DNA of 63,769 nt, filler included, from Hyphochytrium catenoides (taxonomy: Eukaryota; Protista; Hyphochytriomycota), in the NCBI GenBank assembly GCA_900088475.1. It is 11 parts of 11 records of this genome, joined end to end, with 100 filler letters (N's around TTAATTAATTAA, not from the genome) between each part and the next. Parts side by side here need not be neighbours in the genome. Positions count along the whole stretch, not along the records: positions 31,264 to 52,032 come from FLMG01001972.1; 10 more parts are not named here. One strand, 5' to 3'. Below, piece after piece: positions 34,637 through 45,535 of the stretch. The notes under the pieces are model-generated. The model made no database searches. It had not been told where the DNA came from and saw only the letters and a program-made list of their open reading frames with translations. Within the stretch, counting starts at the first letter, position 1; every line of letters starts with the position of its first letter. The translations under genes were made by a program, and so were the position numbers.

Positions 34637-37600
34637 ATGTTTCGAGGAGCCGCCGCTTCTGGTCGGCTGAGAGCTGCGCAGCTTGCTCGAGGGAGCCCAG
34701 GACGAACCCTCCTCAGATCACGATTTACAGCCGTCCCCACAAGTTACAGAGCAGCAGGCAGACACAGACAAGAATTTGCAAACAAATTTATCACTGGCAG
34801 CAGGATGTTTCGTTCTACCGCTTACACCAACAACGCTGCGGCGTCCTCTACCTCTTATGAGTTTATTGATGACGAGTATTATGACGATGACGACTACGAT
34901 GATGAGGATGACTACAACTTCCCGGTAAGGCCATAATAGGATAGGCTTCTCTATTAGTTGCTGGAGCTGACCATGCTGAACGCAGCCCAATGGAGATGAG
35001 ACCAAGCGTACCTCATCTCCCGACTATCCGCCTCTTTTTGGCTCTAAGCCGGACACGAGACAGCGAGCTTTCAAGTTGTCGCCAAAGTTTATTTCGCAGG
35101 TCTGATAACTATTAGCTCCATTATTCTCCACTTATATAACCCATTTACGCTTACTTCTGACATCATCTCAGTTCAAAGAGAAGAAAGCCCCCTTTGGCTT
35201 CAATGGGCTGGGCGAGATGGTCTACCAAAGGACATATTCCCGGGTGAAACCGGATAACACAAAGGAGCAGTGGTGGGAGACCGTTGAGCGGGTGGTCAAT
35301 GGGACATACAACATGCAAAAGGAATGGATTGAGCAGCATGGCTTAGGTAAGAGAGGAAATGCCGGTACCATCTTCTTTCATGAAGGCGTTCTCTCACACG
35401 GCGGTGACATTGTACGATGAACAGGATGGAACCCTCGTAAAGCTCAACGTAGTGCAAAACAGATGTATAAGCGTATTTTTGAGATGAAGTTCCTTCCTCC
35501 CGGTCGAGGTCTATGGGCCATGGGGTCGCCAATTACCGAAGAGAAGGTAACATAGGTGCATGCTACTTTTTGAGAACTTTGAGCTAACAATAGTTTGCGG
35601 GCAGCGGTTATATGCCGCACTGAACAACTGTGCCTTTGTCAGTACGGAAGACATCTCGAAAGGATCTCCCGCACAGCCCTTTTGCTTTCTAATGGATGCT
35701 GCAATGCTTGGCGTCGGTGTGGGGTTCGACACAAAGGTTTGTCCTTGCTGCATGTGTCCGTCGTTACAGTGGCTCTTGAGCATAAACTTGCGGCTAACAG
35801 TCCCGCCGGATGCCTTGTTCCACCAGGGTGCAGGCAAGATTACGGTCAAGGGCTTTGACGAGAGCAAAAAGACTGAGATGTACACCATCAAAGATTCTAG
35901 AGAGGGCTGGGTAGAATCTGTACGTCTTCTTCTAGACGGGTTGCTACTACGGACAGCGCCTGTAGAGTTTGATTATTCAGAAATCCGGCCAGCAGGAGAA
36001 CCGATCAAGGGCTTTGGGGGTGTCAGTGCTGGACCAGAGACGTTGGAGAAACTGCATAAGGCAAGTTTGAGGTAACTATCCCTGTCGTTATGTGCTAACG
36101 CCTTTTCACCTATCGATTAGGACATTCTGGGCGTACTCAATCCTCTTATCGGTTCTCCCATAACCGTCACAGCCATTGTAGATATCATGAATTTGGTAGG
36201 TGAACTGAACTGAATGCCCTCCTCAACTCTCCCTATCTGCTTATTAGAGCTTCTACGACCTTCGTTTGTCTCATAACCATCAGATTGGCGTCTGTGTCGT
36301 CGCTGGAAACGTGAGAAGAACAGCGGAGATTGCCTTCGGTGACCCATCCGACTCTGAATATGTGGATCTGAAGAACTACGAAGCAAATCCAGGACGCGTG
36401 GCTCACGGCTGGACGAGCAACAATAGCGTTTTCGCTCAACTCGGTAAGGAACTGTAGATTCATTATCTCCTTTCTGCCAGTCAGTGACCTTCGCCTTTGC
36501 CCGTTAATGCGTTTCAGGCATGAACTACGGACCTGTCTGCGAGCGTATCATAAAGAACGGGGAGCCTGGGTTCGCGTGGCTGCAAAACATGCAGGAGTAC
36601 AGTCGGATGGACGGGGAAAGGGATGGCAAGGATAAAAGAGCCCAAGGAGGGAATCCATGTCTTGAGCAGGTTAGAGCTCGATCACTTTTATCTCTCTTCG
36701 TTTCCTTCCGTTGGTGAGATTTGTTTAACTTTTGCCATCCTCTGAGCTATTCGCACTCACTCTATTTTTGCGACAATGTATTCCTGAAGACGCTGGAGTC
36801 ATATGAGCTCTGTTGTCTCGTGGAGACCCTTCCCAACAACCATACAGATCTCAATGATTATCTCAAGACCTTAAAGTAAGTTCCAACTTCATCTGCGTCG
36901 CGCTGCTTCCCATTGCGAGGGCTTACTCGGTGAACTCTTCCTCTCACTGACGCGCAATCTCTCAACCTCCGCAGATACGCCTTCCTCTATGCCAAAACCG
37001 TTACGCTAGGCAAAACGCACTGGCCTCTTACAAATCGCGTGATGCTGAGAAACCGCAGAATCGGATGCAGTATGTCTGGGCTCGCTCAGTTTGTGGGCTC
37101 AAGGGTTAGTTGCCACTCTTTATCCCTTCCTGGACGCAAAAAAGCATTAGAGTTAAGTGACACGGCGCAGGGGTTGCACGAGCTTAAGGTATGGTGTGAA
37201 GAGGGGTACCGAGCCATCCAGCAGTACGACAAGCAGATGTCCGACTGGCTTGTCATTCCTCGTTCAATCAAGACTACGTGCATTAAACCAAGGTAGGGCT
37301 TACTGGCGGTAGTCCAGGCTATTGGTGACGCAAGCGTCTAACTGTACGTTCGTTTCTGAACATCTTAGTGGCACAGTATCACTCCTAGCGGGCGCTACGC
37401 CTGGCATGCACTATCCAGAAGGTCGATACTATATCCGGCGAGTACGACTTGACCACAAGTCGGAGTTAGTGCCAGCTCTGAGAGCGGTAAGGGTACAATA
37501 TACCTCTTTTCTGATGGCCCGGATACCTTCCGTGGCTTTTGCACACCGGGACGGCGGCCAGTGTCAAACTCTTCGCCCCTCGTGTTTGTTGCTCTTTTGT

Positions 37601-38541
37601 CTGGGAGTCGCTAAGAGTGAAAGCTGACAGTGGTAATGCTTCCAAGGCAAACTATCCAGTGGAAGAGTCAGTAGTCGATCCGTCCACTCTCGTTGTATCT
37701 ATCCCGGTAGATGTTGGGCCCGGTATCCGTACTGCTAAAGAGATGTCCATGTGGGAGCAGCTCTCCTTCGCCGCTTTTCTTCAGCGCTACTGGGCAGACA
37801 ACCAGGTATTTGCATAGCTTCCATCATAAATCATAGGACGCACTTACTATAACTTCGCACGTCCTCTCACTGGGCAGGTTAGCTGCACTGTCACCTTTGA
37901 TCCGGTAACCGAAGGGCCCCAGCTGAAACATGCGCTTGACTTCTTCCAGTACCAGTTGAAGGTATTTATTTATTTGCCTTCTGTGTCTCAGCTCTAGCTT
38001 GGGGTGGTCCTTTCCGCGTGATCTCTCTCACGTGGAGCCTTATGCCTCTGCTGAGCCGCCTCCGCGCTGGTCTGTTCTGTTATTGTGGACGTTCTGCCAC
38101 GGATACTCCTTCGGCTCTAACAGACCGTATTTGCTATCTGAAGGGGATCAGTTTCTTACCCCGAATGGACCTTGGGGCATACCCTCAAATGCCCTATGAG
38201 GAAATTACTGAGGAGCAGTACAATGAGATGGTGGGATGTACCGTTCTGAGCAAGGCGGCAAAGGTTCCGTACTTACTCATTCCTTCCTCCATGATTTGAA
38301 TCTTCAGAAGTCGAAGCTTGGAGAGCTAAACCTCTCGCACCTCGTCTCAACCAGGATGACCACAGGTAGGTTGCGTACTGACCCTGCCCTCTTGTCGAGT
38401 CTGATTGCCTGCTGCTCCTCGATCGCAGATGTGCCTGATAAATTCTGCGAGGCCGACCAGTGCGAGTTTGTCCCTGAGGTCAAGGTCCCCAGCACTTTTG
38501 AAGACGATGGTCCAGTACCTCCTACTACTGGCGCCATCTAA
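34637..38541 (+). CDS. nrdJ: Class II adenosylcobalamin-dependent ribonucleotide reductase (monomeric RTPR-type NrdJ), 18 exons, 802 aa, with N-terminal presequence
   Basis: Exons 34637-34924, 34986-35099, 35172-35346, 35425-35546, 35605-35736, 35827-36060, 36121-36195, 36284-36443, 36518-36669, 36790-36875, 36975-37104, 37171-37292, 37369-37486, 37647-37805, 37878-37961, 38144-38230, 38308-38365, 38429-38541 sum to 2409 nt in one open frame. Motifs: [58 protein letters not shown]-terminal CEADQC. Confidence 0.95.
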
Positions 38542-38752
38542 AGCCCTGAAGTACGGATGTGCAAGAACGAGACGCTTTTATATTTAATTTGACTACATAG
38601 CTAGCCGCCTAATGTAATGAATAGGCAGCTCTTTAACGCCACGTTAAGGTCTTCTTTGCTTTTCAATCTCTGTCCAGCTTCTCCTCACGGTGTCTTTTTG
38701 CCCAAACGTTCTTCTCTATGTTAGCCGCATTCTTCTCACCTCCAACTATAGC

Positions 38753-40345
38753 TCACTGCTGCTGCAGCTGCTGCTGTACTCGTCTGATGGCGGCATCCCA
38801 TCCGTGAGCTCCATAGTCTGTATCAGAAAAGTGATAGTTTCTAGTCGGCGTACAAATGTCAAACGTGTGCTGATTTTTCATCTGGACATGGAGGGAAGGT
38901 GACCAGGGTACCTCACCCTTCTTCTTCATTGTCTGGGGGTCGATGTACACTAGACGTGGCGTTGATGTCAGTAGTAGCTGTCGCTTCTTCGAGAACAACC
39001 CTCGCCTCTTACTAACCAGATTACTAAACAGAATGCACTCGTTTGGAAGCAGGAACTGGTTCCACACAGAGTCAGAGGATTGACCAGATAGCCCATTACC
39101 GCTGAGGCCATTCGCAGGGAAGTCCTGCTGCTGTTGGGGAAGGAAGAGGCGCTGCACTTGTGGATCACTGGGCAAGTGCTCGGCATCCTGCCACTGACGC
39201 TGTACAGGCACCGGTCGCCGGTGGGGAGAGCGATTGGGCACTCCTTCCTCGAGCATCTGCCGAGGAGATAAGCTCCCTCTGTCGTCAATCAGCTCAGTCG
39301 CCAGACCGGCATACATCCAATCATCCCGCGCACCATCAGCATTGGGCTCTGGCAGTGGCTTCAGCCTAGGTTGATACGGACTTTCGGCCTGCAGCAGCTT
39401 GTCCCACTGAATGCCTTCAAAAAATGGATGGGCCATAAGAGCTGGATAGTCATTGGCGTCATTATTACCGGCTCCCAGTCGGGAGGCGGCGTCTTGGACG
39501 AGTAATCTAGAGATAAGATCCTGTGCTTCAGGCGGGATGGTGGTAGGGTATGTGAAGCCCGCAGCAGGGTGCTCGAGAATCATCTGAAAAGTCAGGTACT
39601 CGCTCTCACCTCTAAACAGTGGTCGGCCTACCAGCATCTGGTAGATCATACACCCTACCGCCCATAGATCGCAAGCCTTCCCCACCTCGCCGTCTTTTAG
39701 CACTTCAGGAGACACATACTCAGCCGTACCGACAAAAGTATTACTTCTTCCGTCTTTCTCAATCTTAGCAGTGCCAAAGTCGGCTAACTTGATGTGTCCT
39801 TTGTCTGTCAACAAGATGTTTTCTGGCTTGAGATCCCTGTGGATGATACCGCGCGAGTGAAGGAATCTGAGTGCCAATACTACCTCTGCTATAAAGAATT
39901 TTGTGACAGTGATGGAGCAGGCGCTATCTGGGATGCCAGCCCTTGACTGTATGTCTCGGTACTTCATGATAACATCAAGCAGCTCTCCACCTCGACAGAG
40001 CTCCATCACGAAATAAAGATAGGAGCGATCTCTAAAGGTATAGTGCAGCTTGATGACCAAGGGATGCGTGATCATTGACAGGACGTTCTTTTCCATCATC
40101 ACGAACTTCACCTTGTTCTCCTTCCTAATGAATCTTTGCTCAATAATCTTCACCGCGAACTCTGCGTTCGTGCCCTTCCTCTTCGCATGCACGACACGCG
40201 CGTAAGCTCCTTCTCCTAGAGTGACTCCGAACATAAAGTCTGCAGGCGAGAGCTTTTTGCGTCCGCTCTCCGAGGACGTTTCCTGTTGACCTGCTCTCCC
40301 ATTCGTAAGGCCTGAGCGTCCGTTAATTGAGTGCTCGGAAGTCAT
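38753..40345 (-). CDS. PDPK1: 3-phosphoinositide-dependent protein kinase 1 (AGC kinase plus C-terminal PH domain), intronless
   Basis: GEGAYA, HRDLKPEN, DFGTAK, activation loop RSNTFVGTAEYVSPE, EYLTFQ; PH-type KRRGLFSKKRQLLLT..PRLVYIDP..KKGEVPW. Confidence 0.92.
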   Translation of the reverse strand: MTSEHSINGRSGLTNGRAGQQETSSESGRKKLSPADFMFGVTLGEGAYARVVHAKRKGTNAEFAVKIIEQRFIRKENKVKFVMMEKNVLSMITHPLVIKLHYTFRDRSYLYFVMELCRGGELLDVIMKYRDIQSRAGIPDSACSITVTKFFIAEVVLALRFLHSRGIIHRDLKPENILLTDKGHIKLADFGTAKIEKDGRSNTFVGTAEYVSPEVLKDGEVGKACDLWAVGCMIYQMLVGRPLFRGESEYLTFQMILEHPAAGFTYPTTIPPEAQDLISRLLVQDAASRLGAGNNDANDYPALMAHPFFEGIQWDKLLQAESPYQPRLKPLPEPNADGARDDWMYAGLATELIDDRGSLSPRQMLEEGVPNRSPHRRPVPVQRQWQDAEHLPSDPQVQRLFLPQQQQDFPANGLSGNGLSGQSSDSVWNQFLLPNECILFSNLVSKRRGLFSKKRQLLLTSTPRLVYIDPQTMKKKGEVPWSPSLHVQMKNQHTFDICTPTRNYHFSDTDYGAHGWDAAIRRVQQQLQQQ

Positions 40346-41393
40346 AGCTACAGGTATCCGTAAGATGCAAGCTCCGCCAAGAATGCGAAGTTCTTTGCTT
40401 CTAGATGGCCAAACTCATAGCCAAAGAGAGCAGCCGTAGTCCGCCTCGTGACCCTACAGGGCTGCGCAAAAGAAAAGCAGTTGTTGCTGCTCTGATGACG
40501 ATGTTTGCTCCTCTTCTGCAGCTTCTGGCTCGGGAATCCAGATTCTTCCCTAGGTATCCTTCACACGGTGGTGAGCGCAGAATTTGCTCCCAGTAGCGTT
40601 CGCCGCTGTGCTTTGAGCCTCGAGCTCTAGGCGAGAAGCCACCAGTTAGGTGGAAGGCTTCGCGTGTTTATAATATCTCAGTCAAGCGCTGCTACAACTT
40701 GGATGCACACTTTGCCCAGAACAGGTGGGCCGTCTCACATGATCCAATGGCGCTGGAGTCTCTCTGACGTTGGGTCCGCGATCTCCTCTATCATCATAAA
40801 GAGCTATCGGCTATCCTCTGAAGCTCAATCGAAGCTTCATTGCCCTTCGTGGCGCCTGTGAAGATTGGAAAAGCGGGAGCAACAGGAAGCAAAGGCGAGA
40901 GACAGAGCCCAAAAGCAAAGGGAAAGAGACAGTTATGCGAACCACGAGAAGCCGAGTGAGAGAGGAGAGGAACGGGAAAAGTTGGCGCTTAAGATGAGAC
41001 AGAGAGAGCGAGAGATACATCTGAAGATAAGTGGAGGAGGAGTGGAATGGAAGAAGAAAGAGTGGGGCGAGAAAGGCCCAAGACACCCCATTCATACAGG
41101 AGAGGCGACACCGACAAATGGCATGGTCTGTGGGAAGAACCCGTACATCATTGACAGAGCGAATTCATTCCTAAAAAGTGCCGTTTGACCACACTTTTGG
41201 GTTGTGTAGGCTCGTGGGAAAAGCCGATTTTTCCACTGAGCATGGGGAAAGGCAATAGTAAAACTTCGGTGGTTCCAGGGGGAAGCCTGAGATCTTGGAT
41301 CCTTCAGTGGTCTGCATCAGCAAAAAATCATCATCATCGCCACCTCCTCAACATCTCATCCTCAGACCGTGATCATGATCAATCACTCGCCTC

Positions 41394-41683
41394 ATCAACA
41401 AGCACTCATCAGAGATGGCAAGCTAGGAACTAATCATTTCATTGCTTTCTTGAGGCTCGACTGAGGCCCATCTTCTTCAGAAGAACCAGATCAACAAGCA
41501 GTCATCAGAGATGGCAAGCTAGGTATACTAATCATTTCATTGCTTTCTTGAGGCTCAACTGAGGTCCATCTTCTTCAGAAGAACCAGATCAACAAGCACT
41601 CATCAGAGATGGCAAGCTAGGAACTAATCATGTCAATGCATTCTTGAGGCTCGACTGAGGCCTATCTTCTTCAGAAGAACCAG
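41394..41683 (+). repeat. Tandem repeat, 3 copies of a 96-98-bp unit
   Basis: Units start at 41394, 41490 and 41588 (ATCAACAAGCA...CAGAAGAACCAG) with few differences and no unique spacers. Confidence 0.92.
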
Positions 41684-42442
41684 TGGTACTAATAGAGGTG
41701 TGAGAGAGGAAGACTAGTGATCAAGTAGCAAGAAGAAGTTCCACCCTCTCTCGCTTGGGGCGTGATGAAAGGATCTCTCTTGCCTTATGACTGAGAAGAA
41801 AAGCACTACGATGTCCCCACCTCCATCGAACCTTCAGCCTTCGCTCTAAACATTTAGTCTTATATAACTTCATGACGGTCACTGTACGCGATGACGGGGC
41901 CGGCTACTGAGTGACCAATGTCCTTGAATGTTCACTGCCCAGAATAACCGATCCAATTGATACAAAAAGAACTGACGGTCGGAGGCAGGTATAAGGCAGC
42001 CAACCGTCGACAGATAATGACGGAATGCCTACATTGCCGCATCAGATCTTGTTCATGGAGCTACTTGTGTGCTCCCGTCAGCCCCCCAAATCTCGCTTCA
42101 TCTCGTGCCGTTAGCCTAATGTAAGTCGAAGGGTTTGTCCATCTCCTTCCAAGAGGATTGCCAAGGGTTAAGCTGCTGCGTGATTTCACAGCCTCTCCGT
42201 GAACAAAGACAGCAAGAAGACCCGGGTGGATATGTAGCTTGCGACAGGCATAGAGGAAAGAGTTTGTTTCTTGACTGTGTATCACTGTTAATGGCATAGG
42301 TTTAGAAAAGCTCTCTTACGTTTTGCAAAAGAAGGACGAGCCAAGGTCTATCGCGCTTTGGCCTCATCATCAATCAGATAAAAAGCTAGTAGGAAGAACT
42401 GACAAAATGACCGGAAAGCCAGCTTCGGCGGCATTAAGCACC

Positions 42443-43627
42443 TTATGGGCAAACCACGTTGTTCTCTGGATCAAAGCCAGCTAGCTTGGCAGCCTTGCAC
42501 ACGTTCACGAGACCGTTGCCAAAGCTGTCATCGCGGCCAGGGGTACCGAGATCCTCAGCAGTGGCCTCAAGAGCTTGGCGTACGTCCTGGTTAGTCCAAT
42601 CATTGGGCAGACCGTAACTCCACACCACAGCAGCCGCGCCCACGACATGAGGACAAGCCATGGAAGTGCCGGACAGCTCTCTGAAGCCATTGTTCCGGAA
42701 GGCGCTGTAAACGTTGACACCTGGAGCTGCGATATCCACTTCCCTGTTCCTCTGCGAGAAAGAAGCAAGCCCCTTGCGAGAGTCAATGGCAGCCACTGAC
42801 ATGACAGACGGATAGGATGCCGGGTATGAAAAGCGGGTGTTGCCAGAGTTGCCCGCGGCAGCAATGCTCAAGACACCACTCTGGTTGAGACGCGCAAAGC
42901 CCTGTTCCTCAGCCGTTGAGGAGAGAGATCCTCCAAGAGACATATTGATGATAATCTTAGCTCCTTTGGCAGCTTTGACACAAAGCTGCGTGGCTGCTAA
43001 GATATCAGAGGCGAAAGAGTACTGGCATGAAGTCCCGTCGAAAACCTTCACGTTGTACACGAAGACTCCTGGTGCCACGCCAAAGCCTCCCTTAGCTGCA
43101 ATGGTGCCAGTGACGTGAGTTCCGTGGCCACAAGTGTCAGGAGAAAAGTCTGGCTCGCCCTCAAGTCCAGCAGAGACGAGGCCAGGATGATCTTGTTGCG
43201 CTCCTGAATCGATGACACATACCATCAATTCATCCCTAGTGACATTAGCGAGCGGAGTAACATCCGCGCCAACCATTTTAAGGCCGTAAGTAGGCAGAGA
43301 CTGTAAATGGCGTCCCCGGAAGGCGTTGAATTCCTCTACGGTTGGGATGACTGAGCGAACAACGTCTTTTTCCATATGTGAGACCCAAGGCTGGCTCATG
43401 ACCTTGTCGAGAGCCAAGGTGTCGCTAACCTCAACGGCCATAGCGTCAATGAGCTCGAGCTCATGAACAAGCTTCACGTTTTCGGCTAACTCGAAGAACC
43501 TCATCACCTCTGGATCTACCGTTAGGCCGGCTTTTGGGTAGACAATGTAACGCAGAGGCTCGGAAGCCCTGACAAGGGCACAGGCAGCTGCCAGCAAACC
43601 TGAGGTAAGCGCAACAGTAAGCTTCAT
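42443..43627 (-). CDS. Secreted subtilisin-like serine protease (S8A) with signal peptide and I9-type propeptide, intronless
   Basis: Signal peptide MKLTVALTSGLLAAACALVRA (ATG 43627). Catalytic motifs VIDSG, HGTHVTG and GTSMACP; oxyanion AAGN. Confidence 0.92.
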   Translation of the reverse strand: MKLTVALTSGLLAAACALVRASEPLRYIVYPKAGLTVDPEVMRFFELAENVKLVHELELIDAMAVEVSDTLALDKVMSQPWVSHMEKDVVRSVIPTVEEFNAFRGRHLQSLPTYGLKMVGADVTPLANVTRDELMVCVIDSGAQQDHPGLVSAGLEGEPDFSPDTCGHGTHVTGTIAAKGGFGVAPGVFVYNVKVFDGTSCQYSFASDILAATQLCVKAAKGAKIIINMSLGGSLSSTAEEQGFARLNQSGVLSIAAAGNSGNTRFSYPASYPSVMSVAAIDSRKGLASFSQRNREVDIAAPGVNVYSAFRNNGFRELSGTSMACPHVVGAAAVVWSYGLPNDWTNQDVRQALEATAEDLGTPGRDDSFGNGLVNVCKAAKLAGFDPENNVVCP

Positions 43628-45364
43628 TTTGACGTTGGTTGACTGCAATGGAGTCTGGCTGGAGATATCCCGGTTCTTCTGATGGCTTAGTAGAAAGTTT
43701 GATAATGAGGATTGGGGTCCAATGCGGCCCTGAGCGGAATGGGACGCCCCATGGACCTGATAGGCAGCGACTGCCAATAGTGGTTAGCCCATAGGTCTGG
43801 CCATCAGAGAAGATATGGAGACTCATGGTCAATTCTTGTTCCGCGGTATTGGACAATCCCGTCCTATATCACTCTCGTTAATAGCTTGGACCCTTTTCCA
43901 AAACACTGTCCTCCCCTCCTCCCTACCAGCATAAGGAGATGTCTAGAGTGGTAGCCGGCCCTTATTATTCAAGGCCAGGCGGCGTAGCCTACAACCATCC
44001 TGCCTAAGAAATACGTAGATGATTAGCGTCTGATGCGAAGAGGAATGTATTAGGTTGACCCTCTGCTTTCAATCGTCATCACTGAGCTAGGGGGCCATCA
44101 GCCAAAACTAATCAAGAGCAGTCACGACGTAGGCTAGAGCTTCAATTTCTTAGGTATACTACGGATAGGGCAGACATTGGGATGACGGCACCTCCTCTGC
44201 CCAATGAAAGAACGCTTTCCCATGATCCGGTCTAGTACCTCGCCCTACTCTCCCATGAAGAACAGCCAATCTCAGCCATGCCATCGGCGGGTACAGATAG
44301 CAGCCCTAAACCTTGTCAACACCTTGGCAGCTCTACTGTTTTCCCTCGATCATGGTACGAGGCGCCGGAGGTACCTGGAGATATCCGATGTGAGCGGTTT
44401 GAAGAGCAATCGTCATTATAGTAGTTGACAAGAAGAATATCGTTTCTAGAAGGTCCACATCGCAGAGAAGAACTAGTAGAACTAGTTCAGGCGGCGCACT
44501 TACTGCTGCTGCCGCTATGCCGCCCACATCCTCTCCTACGGACTCTAAAAATCACGTTTAACTGGTGGTTTTATAAGGAGGAGAGAGACAACGGCAGAGA
44601 TCGGGATAAAGTAGAACGACCTGCCCTTAGAAGCTGTTTATAACTACTGATTAGCCCCAGAACGGGATGGAAGTTGACGGTAAACAGTAGTTCTATTAGT
44701 AGGAACGACAACCTTCCTATGATATTCCCTGGAGAGCTTGTGGTCGCCCATTCTGCTGAGATATTTATCAGAGAATAGTACCAGGAGAGGTGCTCTAAAT
44801 TGCTCTCATCATGCTTGTCCGTTCCTCAACTCTTCGCTCCTTTGTCGGGTCAACCACCGACTGGTTGTTCTCCAGTGGACAGAGTACAGCGCGCGCCGCG
44901 ATCGCGTGCTCTCTACTCTCTACGAAGCAGAATAAACTCTCTGGATGGAACCTAAGATAGACCCACAAAAGGTGTTCATTGTCACCTTGTAGCCGCCGCC
45001 CAAGCCAGAGGTGGGAGGAAATCTGCTTTAACAGTTCCTGTCGACGAAGGTTTCTAGCGCACAACAATACCGAGTCTGCGGGACTCTATCCCAGAAGTTG
45101 TGGCTCCTACTTTATTAGAGAGGTTTATCCTCCGACAGCCGAGAAAGTACCCCGAAGGTGTGACCACAGTGCAAGCACGCGCCTCTTTTTGTTTATCCCA
45201 CTTCTTCCCACCTTTATTATGGATTACTAGTTACTAGGGCTTCTCTCTGAGGAGAATGTCTCTCTTCTACTTGTACAGTATCGGAGAGATGACGGAGGAG
45301 ATTGATGCGTGAAGACCTGTTGAGGTCTCCAGTTGACAAGTCAGAAATGACATGGATAAGCAAT

Positions 45365-45535
45365 CGAGAGGAATGACGTCCTCCAGCTGATGTCATTCTT
45401 TCTTCCCGGTCAGCACATTGTCAAGACAGTTCCAGCTCACCACCCGCGAAAGATCTCCACCATGATGATGAGGACTCGTTCGTCTTGTCAGGAAGACGAC
45501 CAAAATGGTGTCTCCCTGCTGTGTTTTTTAATAAA
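45365..45535 (-). pseudogene. Decayed copy of the first exon/5' region of the neighbouring alpha/beta hydrolase (48269-48428)
   Basis: Shared CTCCAGCTGATGTCATTC..TTCCCGGTCAGCAC..TGTCAAGAC..GTTCCAGCTCACCA..AAAGATCTCCA with several indels. Confidence 0.7.

Noticed and set aside
34637-38541. nrdJ as bacterial or phage contamination, or interrupted by inteins or group I introns
   Set aside because: The interruptions are short GT(GC)-AG introns with consistent phases, and the gene is contiguous with eukaryotic PDK1.
1398-40345. Nuclear stop-codon reassignment
   Set aside because: The reconstructed genes end at TAG, TGA and TAA at the expected positions, and in-frame stops are explained by introns.
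41394-41683. CRISPR array
   Set aside because: Whole units repeat with no unique spacers, there are no cas genes, and the context is eukaryotic.
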